Shown in pieces: positions 1 through 9,536 of a stretch of DNA of 64,000 nucleotides. Origin of the DNA: Candidatus Poriferihabitaceae bacterium. GTDB taxonomy: Bacteria > Pseudomonadota > Gammaproteobacteria > Arenicellales > Poriferihabitantaceae. Position numbers and translations under genes: made by a program. The notes under the pieces were generated by a model that saw nothing but the letters and a program-made list of their open reading frames with translations, was not told the DNA's origin and made no database searches. Location of the stretch: positions 3,130,030 to 3,194,029 of the forward strand of contig OZ244914.1 in assembly GCA_965221795.1 (NCBI GenBank). Reading direction: 5' to 3'. Every line of letters begins with the position of its first letter. Within the stretch, counting starts at the first letter, position 1.

Positions 1-2
1 CG

Positions 3-938
3 ACCGATGGCCAGCGGTGAAACCGTTCCCGGGTGCGACGGGTGAAACGGTGCCAGCGGTATGAGGTGAAGTGGCACCAGAGCGACGCCCGCAAGGGGCC
101 GCAGGCGCGGCGGCGGGCGAACCGGGTTGCCCATGCCCGGCAGCGGCGCCGTATGAACCGTCCGGTCAAGAGTCTGCGGACCGACCTGGGCCGGGTGGTC
201 CGGGACCGGGAACGAAACACCGCGGGGAGACCCGATCGGGAGCCGGCGTTTGCGGACGAATGGGCGATGGCCCGGCGGGTACGGGCGCCGGAGCCGAAGG
301 GCCGGAACCCGCGGTACCGCCGGCAGCCCCCGGACGTCGAGTGCATTAGCAAGGGCCAGGCCCACCGGCGGTACGAATTCGGGGTCCAGGGGAGCATGGC
401 CACCCCCCACCGGAGCCACTTCCTCCTGGGCGGGATGGCGCGGGCGGGGAATCCTGATGACGGACCACCGCGGAAGCCCGCTCTGGATCCGGTGCGACGC
501 CGGACGGGGCGGTCGATGGATGAGGTATTCGTGGACCGCGGTGACCAGGGGCATGGCGAGGGTGAGACTTTCGGATCCCGGTCCGGGCCGCGGCGAGGCA
601 TCGTGACCCGACGGCGGAAGAAGTGCCGGCGGCGGCAGGCGATGGAGCCCGTGATCGGGCACCGGAAATCGGATGGTCCTCTGGGAAGGAACTGGCTCCC
701 GGGAAGGGAAGGCGACCGGAGGAATGTCCTGCGGTGCGGTGCCGGTCACCACCGGCGGCGGATCCGCCGTCCGCTGCGGTTTTTGGGTCGCTGGATTTTG
801 GGTCGCTGGATTGGGGGCCTTGGAGGCCGCATTTGCGACGTTTTGAGGGCCCGGGAGCGCCCGGGGGCGACGGGGCGATGGAAACTGCCGGCCTCCGAGT
901 TGGGCAGTGTCCCACCGTGGGCGCTTGCGGCCCCCTGA
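3..938 (+). mobile_element. IS5-family DDE transposase, C-terminal part (5' end cut by window edge), GC-rich, possibly decayed
   Basis: ORF 33..938 reads VECISKGQAHRRYEFGVQGSMAT ... GNPDDG ... VDRGDQGH ... RRQAMEPVIGHRKSDGPLGRNWLPGREGDRRNVLRCGAGHH. This matches the KGKAHKxYEFG / DRGYRGH / RRSAIEPxIGHLKxDHRMxRNxLKGxxGD blocks recalled for IS5-group transposases. Substitutions at conserved positions suggest decay. Confidence 0.6.
781..812. repeat. 16-bp direct tandem repeat (ttttgggtcgctggat x2) at the 3' end of the IS5-like ORF
   Basis: Read directly: ttttgggtcgctggat tttgggtcgctggatt. It encodes the duplicated GRWILGRWI. Confidence 0.8.
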
Positions 939-1140
939 AACAGGTTTTTTTCAGGGCCGACTACCTACAAGTGGACGCTCTCCCGCGTCGAACGGACCCG
1001 CCGGGCTGCACCTCGAACTGACCGCGGGCACGGACGTGAGCGCCGAGGACGGCGAGGGCAGAACGCCGCTTCAACTAGCGAGACGTGGAGACAATTTACA
1101 CATTGTGAGGATGCTTCGCGAGGCGGGCGCGGAAGAGTGA
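907..1140 (+). pseudogene. C-terminal fragment of an ankyrin-repeat protein, 5' part apparently replaced by the IS5-like element
   Basis: TAGTDVSAEDGEGRTPLQLARRGDNLHIVRMLREAGAEE fits the ANK consensus (GADVNAxDxxGxTPLxxAxxxGxxxIVxxLxxxGA). Only about 1.5 repeats precede the stop. Confidence 0.45.
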
Positions 1141-1247
1141 CGCTATAACGGGCGAAAAAAGCCTAAATCAAAGGGGTTCATAAAAGGATGTATAATCCCC
1201 TAAAATTCTAAGAAACCTATATGCATAAGGCTTTTTGGCCGATGGTT

Positions 1248-1324
1248 TGGCGCCCCAGAGAGGATTTGAACCTCCGACCTGCCGCTTAGGAGGCGGCTGC
1301 TCTATCCGACTGAGCTACCGGGGC
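1248..1324 (-). tRNA. tRNA-Arg (anticodon CCT)
   Basis: The reverse complement gives gccccggtagctcagtcggatagagcagccgcctCCTaagcggcaggtcggaggttcaaatcctctctggggcgcca. It has a cloverleaf with a 7-bp acceptor stem, a GTTCAAATC T-loop, the anticodon loop ctCCTaa and an encoded CCA. Confidence 0.93.
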
Positions 1325-1450
1325 ATGAAAACCAGAGGAGATTCTAACGGATTTTCCCCGTATGATAAGGCTTGGTAGTCGGCAAACGGTAGCCTTCTTC
1401 CCGGTCGCAGTGAAAGGGTGGGTCGAAACAGCGCTCAATATGCAATACCC

Positions 1451-2554
1451 ATGACGAATGAAGAGGTTCTGGTCGCACTGATTCGGGGAGACGGAATCGG
1501 TCCGGATGTGTGTGAGGCCATGGTGCAGGTGATGACAGCGGTTGGAGAAGCCTGTGGTCATCCTATGGTAACGTTCCGCGAAATTCGGGCAGGGGCAAAG
1601 TACTACCAGGAGACGGGAAAAGACATCGAACTCGGAGGAGAGCGAGCTGCAGGGGAGTGCGCGGCGATCTTTCTGGGTGCAATTGGCTTGCCTTCGATTC
1701 GATATACCGACGGAACGGAGATTTCCCCCCACCTGCGCTTGCGCAATCGGTATCAGTTGTATGCAGGCGTCAGGCCGGTGAAAGCCTACCCCAATGTCCC
1801 CCATCGGCTTGCGGATTCCCGGTCGTCGAAGATTGATCTGGTCATTCTGCGGGAGTCTACCGAAGGGTTGTTCTATTCGGCGGCGGTGCATGGCCGTAGC
1901 CGGATCAAAGGCGATGAAATGGTGGAAGACACCTTACGAATTACGCGGCAGACCACGGAAAAGTTGCACCGGTTTGGTTTCCGCCTGGCGGCTCGGCGCA
2001 AGCAGGAAGGCTCTCAAGGTCTCCTCACCTGTGTCGATAAAGCCAATGTGTTTGCTTCCATGGCCTTTTTTCGACGTATTTTCGATGAAGTAGCGGAGGA
2101 GTTCCCGGACGTGGAGCGAGGGTACCACTATGTCGATGCTCAGGCACTGGATCTGGTGCGCAGGCCATGGGCATTCGATGTGCTGGTCACCGAAAATATG
2201 TATGGAGACATTCTGTCGGACCTGGCTGGTGGATTGGTTGGTGGCATGGGCATGGCCCCCTGTGCGGAAATCGGTGATTCTATCGGCTTGTTCCAGCCGG
2301 CACATGGCAGTGCTCCCGATATCATGGAGCAAGATAGGGCCAATCCCATTGCCGCGATTTTGAGTGGTGCCATGATGCTGGACTATTTGGCGGAAGAACG
2401 ATCCTATTGGCACCTGTCGGAAGCGGCTGGCCTGATTCGTCTTGCGGTGCAGCGTGGGTTTGAGTGCCGTCGCCTGCGGCCTGTGGAATTTGGTGGGGAC
2501 ATGGGGACCCGAATGATGACTGCAGAAATCGGGTCCATTCTGAAGACACTGTAA
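1451..2554 (+). CDS. isocitrate/isopropylmalate dehydrogenase family protein (LeuB / tartrate-dehydrogenase-like)
   Basis: LIRGDGIGPDV near the N-terminus, LRESTEGLF, and the NMYGDILSDLAGGLVGGMGMAP signature of beta-decarboxylating dehydrogenases. Start taken at MTNEEVLVAL. Confidence 0.8.
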   Translation: MTNEEVLVALIRGDGIGPDVCEAMVQVMTAVGEACGHPMVTFREIRAGAKYYQETGKDIELGGERAAGECAAIFLGAIGLPSIRYTDGTEISPHLRLRNRYQLYAGVRPVKAYPNVPHRLADSRSSKIDLVILRESTEGLFYSAAVHGRSRIKGDEMVEDTLRITRQTTEKLHRFGFRLAARRKQEGSQGLLTCVDKANVFASMAFFRRIFDEVAEEFPDVERGYHYVDAQALDLVRRPWAFDVLVTENMYGDILSDLAGGLVGGMGMAPCAEIGDSIGLFQPAHGSAPDIMEQDRANPIAAILSGAMMLDYLAEERSYWHLSEAAGLIRLAVQRGFECRRLRPVEFGGDMGTRMMTAEIGSILKTL

Positions 2555-2724
2555 TTCCGGATTGAGGGTATTCTGGGGCCCGATACCAAACCCGTCGGAT
2601 CGTCGGATGGATTCGGAAAGCGACATACTGCTGACCAGGCAAGTCCGGGCACGAGGTGGCTTCGGCCACTGGAAACCGGATCGTGCAGTCCAGACTCCGC
2701 AGCGAATCAGAATATTCTGGATCG

Positions 2725-4299
2725 TCAGGTGTCGTTTTGTCGACGAAAGTAGTCGGTCAGAAACTCCTCAAAAGATAGAGTGTCGCTCGCCTCAATCGCC
2801 GCTTGCTGTTCCAGGGACCATGTAGCTTGTTGCTGATAATGTTGCATGGTGTCGGCAGTGATTTGCCAGTCCTTGAAATAGCGTTGATGGGCTTTCGCCT
2901 GGTGCATGGCAAACGAGAAAAAACTGTCGTACTCCTTTTCAATAGTGTCCACGGTTCTGGCGGATGGAGTCAGGGTCGGGTCTTCGACCCGGGCGCGTTG
3001 GACGGAAAGGGTATGTTGATAAGCGGTTCCGCCACAGACCCCGTCCAGCAAGGCGGACAGATTCATCATTTGGTCGAGTACCGTTATCGCGGCTTTTTGA
3101 AAGGGTACTTCGCCATCTTCGAACTGCAGGTGCAGGTCTGGTTTTCGCCCCTCCATAACCACACGCAGCCGATTTTCGGTCGCTTGCTGAAGCTCTGCTT
3201 CGTGAATGGGTTGATCGCTGCGGAACAGGCAATACAGCAGAAAGAGATCGAGAAATCGGATCGTTTCCGGGCTGATGCCGATCGGAGTGAACGGATCCAG
3301 GTCCAGGCTTCGGATTTCGACGTACTGGACTCCACGGTCTCGCAAGGCACCGGAAGGACTTTCCCCGGAGCGAGCGACTTGTTTGGGTCGGATCACAGAA
3401 TAGAATTCGTTTTCAATCTGCAGAAGATTCGGATTCAGTTGCTGATAGACTCCGTCCACAGTGACAGGAATCGCCTGATAGGGTGCCCAAGGCGTTTGGA
3501 TTGCCTTTCGTAATGTAGTCACATACTGTCCCAGACTGTTGTAATTGATGGCCAGTGTAGATTGGGCATCATTGCTGTAGCCCAGGTTGCTGAGCCGCAG
3601 AGAGGTGGCATGGGGCGCATAAAAACTGTGTTCCTTGAGTTTTGCCAGTTGGTGTGGTCGGCCTTGCAGAAAGGTTTGGCAGACCGCTGGTGAAGCCCCA
3701 AAGAGATAGCATATCAGCCATGCATTTCGCAGGAAATTACGGGTCAGGGCGAAATATCGTGTGGACCGTTCCCGAACCAGATGGGTGGGTTCATCTGTTT
3801 TCAGGTATCGTGTCCAGAATTCGTCCGGCAGGGAAAAGTTGTAGTGGATGCCCGCAATGGTCTGCATCAGTCGTCCATAGCGATGACCCAGTCCACGGCG
3901 ATAGGTTTCCTTCATCTGGGCGATATTGGAACTTCCATACTGGGCAATCGGGATGGCTTGCTCTCCGAGCACGATGCAAGGCATGCTGTTGACCCATAGC
4001 ATTTCATCGACTATGTTTTGGTACGTATAGCGATGAATATCCGTCAGCTCGCGCAGCAGGCCGTCGATGCTGGTATGGATCGGCGTGACGAATTCCAGAA
4101 GTGCTTCGGAGTAATCGGTGGTGATGGACGGGTGGGTCAGGGCAGAGCCCAATGTGTGGGGGTGGGGTTTCTGGGACAAGGTACCATCTGGATTGACTCG
4201 GAGACTTTCTTTCTCGATCCCGCGCTGGAGGGTTCGAAAACAGGATTCGAGGCCGCCATTCACGATAGCGTTCAAGGTTTGGTCAAGGTTGATGTTCAC
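2725..4299 (-). CDS. gshA: glutamate--cysteine ligase (type 1)
   Basis: LQRGIEKESLRVNPDGTLSQKPHPHTLGSALTHPSITTDYSEALLEFVTP and RRGLGHRYGRLMQTIAGIHYNFSLP align with E. coli GshA. The ORF is open up to 4473, but homology begins near VNINLDQTL, so a GTG at 4299 is the preferred start. Confidence 0.9.
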   Translation of the reverse strand: MNINLDQTLNAIVNGGLESCFRTLQRGIEKESLRVNPDGTLSQKPHPHTLGSALTHPSITTDYSEALLEFVTPIHTSIDGLLRELTDIHRYTYQNIVDEMLWVNSMPCIVLGEQAIPIAQYGSSNIAQMKETYRRGLGHRYGRLMQTIAGIHYNFSLPDEFWTRYLKTDEPTHLVRERSTRYFALTRNFLRNAWLICYLFGASPAVCQTFLQGRPHQLAKLKEHSFYAPHATSLRLSNLGYSNDAQSTLAINYNSLGQYVTTLRKAIQTPWAPYQAIPVTVDGVYQQLNPNLLQIENEFYSVIRPKQVARSGESPSGALRDRGVQYVEIRSLDLDPFTPIGISPETIRFLDLFLLYCLFRSDQPIHEAELQQATENRLRVVMEGRKPDLHLQFEDGEVPFQKAAITVLDQMMNLSALLDGVCGGTAYQHTLSVQRARVEDPTLTPSARTVDTIEKEYDSFFSFAMHQAKAHQRYFKDWQITADTMQHYQQQATWSLEQQAAIEASDTLSFEEFLTDYFRRQNDT

Positions 4300-4467
4300 A
4301 ACATTGCGCAGGCTGGGAGAAGAGGCGGAGATTGAACGTTTGGGCAGGAAATTGCAATATCTGCCGAGTAATAAATCCGGGTGTAGATGCTGTCCGATCA
4401 CAAGCGAAGCATTGCCAGTTCTATTGACCGGGAAAACATGATGCGGTTTGGGTAGGGTCTGCCAACA

Positions 4468-5439
4468 ATGCAAGCGGAATTCTCAGTAGCACCGATGATG
4501 GAAGTTACGGACCGTCATTGTCGTGCATTGTGGCGCCTTTTTTCCCGGCGCACTCGTCTGTATACGCAGATGGTAGTCACTGGCTCCATTGTTCATGGAG
4601 ATCGGGATCACTTCCTCGGTTTTGACGAAAGCGAGCATCCTGTTGCCATTCAACTCGGGGGAGCCGACCCGGAGGAATTGGCATACTGTGCGCAATTGGC
4701 GGAAGACCGGGGATATGATGAAGTGAACCTGAATGTTGGCTGCCCCAGCAATCGTGTGCGGAGAGGATTGTTCGGGGCTTGTCTGATGGCAAAGCCGGCA
4801 TTGGTGGCGAGTTGCGTCGAAACGATGAAAGCAGCCGTAACCATCCCCGTTACTGTCAAGACTCGGACCGGGATTGATAACCGGGATCGCTACGAAGACT
4901 TATCCGAATTTGTCCGAGTCAATGCGGAGTCGGGCTGCGAGCACTTCATCATTCATGCCCGGAAAGCCTGGCTTACGGGGCTAAACCCCAAAGAGAACCG
5001 AACGATCCCGCCACTCCAATATGATACGGTGTATCGATTGAAATCAGACTATCCGCATCTGCGGTTTACCCTGAATGGAGGAGTCAGGGACTTGGACCAG
5101 GCCGAGAGACATCTCGCCCGGGTCGATGGGGTGATGATGGGGCGACAGGTTTCCGTTGATCCTTGGCTATTGACTGAGGTGGATGAGAGACTGTTCGGGG
5201 AGAACTGGAGCGAACGGCCCATCTCCCGTTTTGAGATTCTGAATCGATATTTGCCCTATGTCGAACGGCAATTGTCCCAAGGAGTGTATCTGCGACATAT
5301 GAGTCGACATCTGTTGCCACTGTTTCATGGGCAGCCCGGGGCAAAATCATGGCGTCGCCATCTGTCCGAGTACGGCCCCCGAAAAGGTGCCGGCCTGGAA
5401 GTCATCGAGCAGGCGGTACAATATGTCAAAGGAGGATAA
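4468..5439 (+). CDS. dusA: tRNA-dihydrouridine(20/20a) synthase
   Basis: N-terminal VAPMMEVTDRHCR and NLNVGCPS motifs. Length of 323 aa is typical of DusA. Confidence 0.88.
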   Translation: MQAEFSVAPMMEVTDRHCRALWRLFSRRTRLYTQMVVTGSIVHGDRDHFLGFDESEHPVAIQLGGADPEELAYCAQLAEDRGYDEVNLNVGCPSNRVRRGLFGACLMAKPALVASCVETMKAAVTIPVTVKTRTGIDNRDRYEDLSEFVRVNAESGCEHFIIHARKAWLTGLNPKENRTIPPLQYDTVYRLKSDYPHLRFTLNGGVRDLDQAERHLARVDGVMMGRQVSVDPWLLTEVDERLFGENWSERPISRFEILNRYLPYVERQLSQGVYLRHMSRHLLPLFHGQPGAKSWRRHLSEYGPRKGAGLEVIEQAVQYVKGG

Positions 5440-5548
5440 GAATGGCACTGAGTCGGGGCATGGTTCCCATAACCGAACGAAAATCATGGGGTGGGTGGAT
5501 GGTCATATTTGGCAAATGGCCTCCCTTCCTTGCGCCTGATGGGATGTA

Positions 5549-6373
5549 ATGATGTGGCTCGAAGAGTTTTTGGTCGGGTGGCTGGATGTCTCGGAAATCA
5601 TTCGGCTGGAAGTGTTTTTCGGGATGTTTGCCCTGATCGCGTTCCTGGAGCGACTGATTCCGGCGAGACGTCATGGCTGGCAAGGAAGAGTGCTGGGGAA
5701 TACTGGCTTGCAATTGGTCAACGTTTCGGTACAAGTGGTCCTGCTGTCGGTCGCCCCGTTGACGCTCTCGGCCATTGCGCTACAGTCATTGTTCAGCCAG
5801 TTTGGCATGCTCCACCACTTGCAGATTGGCCTGTGGGAAAAAATATTCATTGCTTGGCTGGTGTTGGATCTGGCATCGTACGGATGGCATCGTGCCTGGC
5901 ACAGCATTCCTGTGCTCTGGCGGTTTCATCGGATTCATCATCTGGACCCATTCCTGGATGTGCTGACCACATTCCGGACCCATCCCGTAGAAATGGTGAT
6001 GACGCTGTTCTTCCGGGGAGGGATCGTCTATCTGTTGGGTGTCCCTCTGTTGGGTGTGATCCTGTATGAAATCATCATACTGGTTATGGCGTTATGGATT
6101 CATGGCAATCTCAGGGTCCATCCGACCCTGGACCGAATGCTGGCTTGGTTGGTGGTCACTCCCGGTGTGCATCGGATGCATCACCGCGCCCAGAAAACCG
6201 AGTGCGATTGCAATTTTGGGCTGATTCTGACGGTATGGGACCGTATGTTCGGGACATACCGCAGAGAAGACGCTTGCATACTCACTGGTCCCGGTCTGAT
6301 CGCTCCGGATATTCCCTTTGCGCGAACGCTGCCCGGGATGATATGGTTGCCATTTCGGATGTCTGACAAATGA
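5549..6373 (+). CDS. fatty acid hydroxylase / sterol desaturase family membrane protein
   Basis: Histidine boxes HRAWH, HRIHHLD and HRMHH in a polytopic hydrophobic protein. Confidence 0.75.
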   Translation: MMWLEEFLVGWLDVSEIIRLEVFFGMFALIAFLERLIPARRHGWQGRVLGNTGLQLVNVSVQVVLLSVAPLTLSAIALQSLFSQFGMLHHLQIGLWEKIFIAWLVLDLASYGWHRAWHSIPVLWRFHRIHHLDPFLDVLTTFRTHPVEMVMTLFFRGGIVYLLGVPLLGVILYEIIILVMALWIHGNLRVHPTLDRMLAWLVVTPGVHRMHHRAQKTECDCNFGLILTVWDRMFGTYRREDACILTGPGLIAPDIPFARTLPGMIWLPFRMSDK

Positions 6374-6381
6374 GGACTGTA

Positions 6382-6648
6382 ATGCCTATTGATCGAAAGT
6401 TATTGGAAATTCTCGTGTGCCCAGTGACCAAGCAACCGGTTTCGGTATTGGCGGAGGGTAAGCTCGACTCCCTGAATCGTGCGATTGAAGCTGGCCAGGT
6501 TCGCAATCATGGGGGAGACATGGTGGCCAGTTCCTTGCGTGAAGCGCTGATTACGAAAAACGGCAGTACGATTTACCCGGTTCAGGAAGGGATTCCGGTG
6601 ATGTTGGAGAACCAGAGTATCGATACGGTTCAATTGCCGGACTGGTAG
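6382..6648 (+). CDS. Trm112/YcaR-family small protein (extended form)
   Basis: MPIDRKLLEILVCPVTK ... YPVQEGIPVMLE are the Trm112p-like N- and C-terminal motifs. An insert of about 30 aa lies between them. Confidence 0.7.
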   Translation: MPIDRKLLEILVCPVTKQPVSVLAEGKLDSLNRAIEAGQVRNHGGDMVASSLREALITKNGSTIYPVQEGIPVMLENQSIDTVQLPDW

Positions 6649-6734
6649 GTTCGAACTTCCCTCTAAAGCCAAATCTTTTCCCATTCCGAAAGGAAGTAAG
6701 CCACGACAGTATCTGCTCGACAAGCACACTGCCA

Positions 6735-7060
6735 TCAAGAATAAATCATGTCCCTGTGGAACAGGTCGATGGCGTTCTCAATGATCATGCACCGCGCATA
6801 CCGATCGATCAGCCATACGGCTGGGACATGGTGCTGGTTGGTGATCAACAGAGTCAGTTGGCCATGACCCGGATCCTTCACCACCAACTGGCGAATCGGC
6901 TCTGGATAGCCGGCAATACGCACGGACTGCTCCAGGACTTTTGGTGTACAGTAGGCGCAGCCTCTGGAGAGCCCATGATGCCCTCTCTCTGGTGGTCAGC
7001 TACCGAAGTACCTCGCAACAAACGATCGGTAAATGGAAACCCAGTAAGGTTTCATCAAAA
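6735..7060 (-). pseudogene. C-terminal relic of a DDE transposase
   Basis: ORF 6735..6923 reads GYPEPIRQLVVKDPGHGQLTLLITNQHHVPAVWLIDRYARCMIIENAIDLFH, resembling the conserved xLLTNxxxxxAxxLIxRYAxRWxIENxI tail of a DDE transposase family. The upstream part is readable only through a stop or frameshift. Confidence 0.5.
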
Positions 7061-7221
7061 AAATCAAATCAATTAGTTATCGAAATCTAAGGACAGCTCC
7101 TTTGTTAACGCACATACGAGCAATAAGTTAATGACATTGGGGAGGAGCGGGGTGGTAGCCAGAAATCTTATCCAGCCCAGAAATCCCCGCATACTCTTGA
7201 GCGAGCGTGAAGCGCACGCTG

Positions 7222-7251
7222 TTGACATTCGTTACCACCGTAAACTACAAT
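7222..7251 (+). promoter_or_regulatory. near-consensus sigma70-type promoter of the amide-uptake operon
   Basis: TTGACA (7222-7227), an 18-nt spacer, then TACAAT (7246-7251), about 150 nt upstream of the ATG at 7401. Confidence 0.55.
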
Positions 7252-7284
7252 GCAATGCAGTGCAACGGTGCACCCGAAAATAGA

Positions 7285-7332
7285 AGCGATTTTGCTGAAC
7301 TGGTATTTTGTCAAATCGCTCGTATTGTTTTC
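7285..7332 (+). terminator. leader hairpin plus U-tract (candidate attenuator / antitermination target)
   Basis: agcgattt (7285-7292) pairs perfectly with aaatcgct (7313-7320) and is followed by cgtattgttttct. It lies between the predicted promoter and the first gene of an operon that ends with an ANTAR regulator. Confidence 0.45.
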
Positions 7333-7400
7333 TGCATGAGGTGTTACCGTTGACGGGTGTTCAGTTCAGCTCTTGTCATGAACACAGGGGAATATCTATC

Positions 7401-8615
7401 ATGAAAAAGCTGAACAAGCTACTGAGCACAGTAAGCCTGCTGGTTTCCATTTCATTCATAACTTCAACCGCTTTTGCCGGCACGAAGATTGGTGCGATCT
7501 TCGACCTCACTGGTGGGCTCAACATTTACGGTATTCAGCAGAATCAAGCTTTGGAGCTTGCGGTTGAGAAAATCAACGCTGATGGCGGATTGCTCGGAGA
7601 GTCGGTCGAAGTCGTCACCTATGACGCGCAATCTGAACTGAGTAAATATACACAGTTTGCAAACACTGCGATTTTGCGCGACAAGATAGACGCGTTGTTT
7701 GCTGGCCTAACCAGTTCCTCGCGAGAAGCTATTCGACCGATTATCCGGAAGGCTAAGATACCCTATTTCTACTCTTCGCTCTATGAGGGTGGGGCATGTG
7801 ACAAATATACGTTTGTTACCGGTTCCTCGGCGTCCCAGCAACTCTCCGTTTTGATCGAATGGGCAATCAAAAAATATGGCCCGAAGATCTATATTATGGC
7901 ACCAGACTATAATTTTGGAACGATCTCCGGTCACTGGGTTCATGAATATGCTCAACAAAATGGCGGTAAAGTTGTGGGTGAGGATTTTTTGGCCCTGACA
8001 GTTACCGACTACGCACCGACGATCCAGAAAATACAAGCATCGAAGCCTGACTTCGTTGTAGCGCTTCCAGTTGGAGCCAATCAAACCGGCTTTCTTGAGC
8101 AGTTTGCAGCCGCTGGCCTGAAAGACTCGATTGGCGTTGTTTCCACCAACTACGGCTCGGGTAATCAACAGGTTGTTGTATCGCCAGCCGCTGGTCAAGG
8201 CCTTATTGCTAATCAAGGCTATTTTCAGCATGTTGAAGGGGAAGCGAATGTTGCCTTCGTGCAAGCATGGCAAAAAAAGTACGGTAGTGACATTCCGATT
8301 GTTTCGGTTGCTGTTGATGTTTGGAATGCTGTCAATCTGTGGGCACTTGCTGTTAAACGGGCTGGCACTGCCGAGACCGATGCTGTCATTGCGGCGTTAG
8401 AAAGTGGCCTGAGCTTCGACGCTCCGAATGGTCACGTCAAGCTGGCACCTGCCTCGCACCATCTCGAACAAAACATCTATATCGTCGAAGGCGATAATAA
8501 TCATGGCTTCAACACTATTCAAACGTTTGAAGCTGTACCGGCGAGTTACGAGAATCAGGTATGCGACCTGATTGCCAACCCTGATCTCGCAGAGCACTTT
8601 ACTCCCGCAAACTAG
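7401..8615 (+). CDS. ABC transporter periplasmic substrate-binding protein, Leu/Ile/Val/urea/amide (type I PBP, FmdD/UrtA/AmiC-like) family
   Basis: Signal peptide MKKLNKLLSTVSLLVSISFITSTAFA, then GTKIGAIFDLTGGLNIYG, typical of LivK/UrtA-type binding proteins. RBS agggga sits 10 nt upstream. Confidence 0.8.
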   Translation: MKKLNKLLSTVSLLVSISFITSTAFAGTKIGAIFDLTGGLNIYGIQQNQALELAVEKINADGGLLGESVEVVTYDAQSELSKYTQFANTAILRDKIDALFAGLTSSSREAIRPIIRKAKIPYFYSSLYEGGACDKYTFVTGSSASQQLSVLIEWAIKKYGPKIYIMAPDYNFGTISGHWVHEYAQQNGGKVVGEDFLALTVTDYAPTIQKIQASKPDFVVALPVGANQTGFLEQFAAAGLKDSIGVVSTNYGSGNQQVVVSPAAGQGLIANQGYFQHVEGEANVAFVQAWQKKYGSDIPIVSVAVDVWNAVNLWALAVKRAGTAETDAVIAALESGLSFDAPNGHVKLAPASHHLEQNIYIVEGDNNHGFNTIQTFEAVPASYENQVCDLIANPDLAEHFTPAN

Positions 8616-8669
8616 TCCGAGAAACCCGCACACCTATAAATAGGTGTGCGCTTGTCGGGAGAAAAATGT

Positions 8670-9536
8670 ATGGAATTCGATTATCTGGCAACGGTTCTGC
8701 TGTCTTCACTTTCTAGTGCCTCAATATTATTGATTGCAACTATCGGCCTTGCTGTCGTCTTCGGGCTGATGGGGGTGATCAATCTCGCTCATGGCGAGTT
8801 CTTGATGATTGGAGCATATGCGGCACTAACCGCAACACAATTGGGCGTCCCCTATATTTTGGCAATTCCAATTGCGGTTCTCGTCACAATGACTATCGGA
8901 GCAATCGTCGAGGTTCTGGTCATCCGCAGGTTGTACGGTCGGATTTTCGATACGATGCTCGCCACCTGGGGCTTGAGCATCGCATTCTATCAGCTCGCGG
9001 TTTTCATCTTCGGTACCGTCACGCCTGGTATCGGGATGCCGGATAAAAGCATCAAAATTGGGAGTTACAGCCTGGCAGTCTATCCCTTGCTGATGATCGG
9101 TGTGGCAATCCTGATGAGTGTCTTTATCTATTTCCTGATGACTCGCACTGTCTATGGAAGAAAGGCGCGCGCGTCAATCCAGGAACCGGAGATGGCGGAA
9201 GCAATTGGTATTGAATCTTCACGCATTAATACTATGACATTCTCCATTGGATGCGGCCTTGCGGGTTTTGCAGGTGCCATTCTGCTTCCGATGACTCCCG
9301 CAACGCCATCAATGGGTTTTGCCTTTGTCATCAAGGCATTCCTGACCGTGGTGGTAGCTGGACCGGTGACAATCACTGGAAGCGCTTTGACTGCCATCGG
9401 CTTGGGCGGGGGTGCATCAATCACAGCGAGCTTCCTTACCTCTGTCGCAGGTGATGTCTTTTTCTTCGTCATCACAGCAATCTTCCTATGGCTATTTCCA
9501 CTCGGCATTTCAGCTAAGTGGCGAAAGAAAATATGA
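8670..9536 (+). CDS. ABC transporter permease (LivH/UrtB-like)
   Basis: Polytopic membrane protein with the GLMGVINLAHGEF motif of LivH-family permeases. Confidence 0.8.
   Translation: MEFDYLATVLLSSLSSASILLIATIGLAVVFGLMGVINLAHGEFLMIGAYAALTATQLGVPYILAIPIAVLVTMTIGAIVEVLVIRRLYGRIFDTMLATWGLSIAFYQLAVFIFGTVTPGIGMPDKSIKIGSYSLAVYPLLMIGVAILMSVFIYFLMTRTVYGRKARASIQEPEMAEAIGIESSRINTMTFSIGCGLAGFAGAILLPMTPATPSMGFAFVIKAFLTVVVAGPVTITGSALTAIGLGGGASITASFLTSVAGDVFFFVITAIFLWLFPLGISAKWRKKI

Noticed and set aside
1286-1891. 201-aa minus-strand ORF.
   Set aside because: It overlaps the tRNA-Arg gene and is antisense to the dehydrogenase gene. No motif was seen.
4468-5439. dusA 5' end and the tRNA-Phe/tRNA-Arg 3' ends as integration sites of an intact island or prophage.
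   Set aside because: No integrase, att-like direct repeat of the tRNA 3' end, or phage genes were found next to them. Only IS debris lies near the tRNAs.
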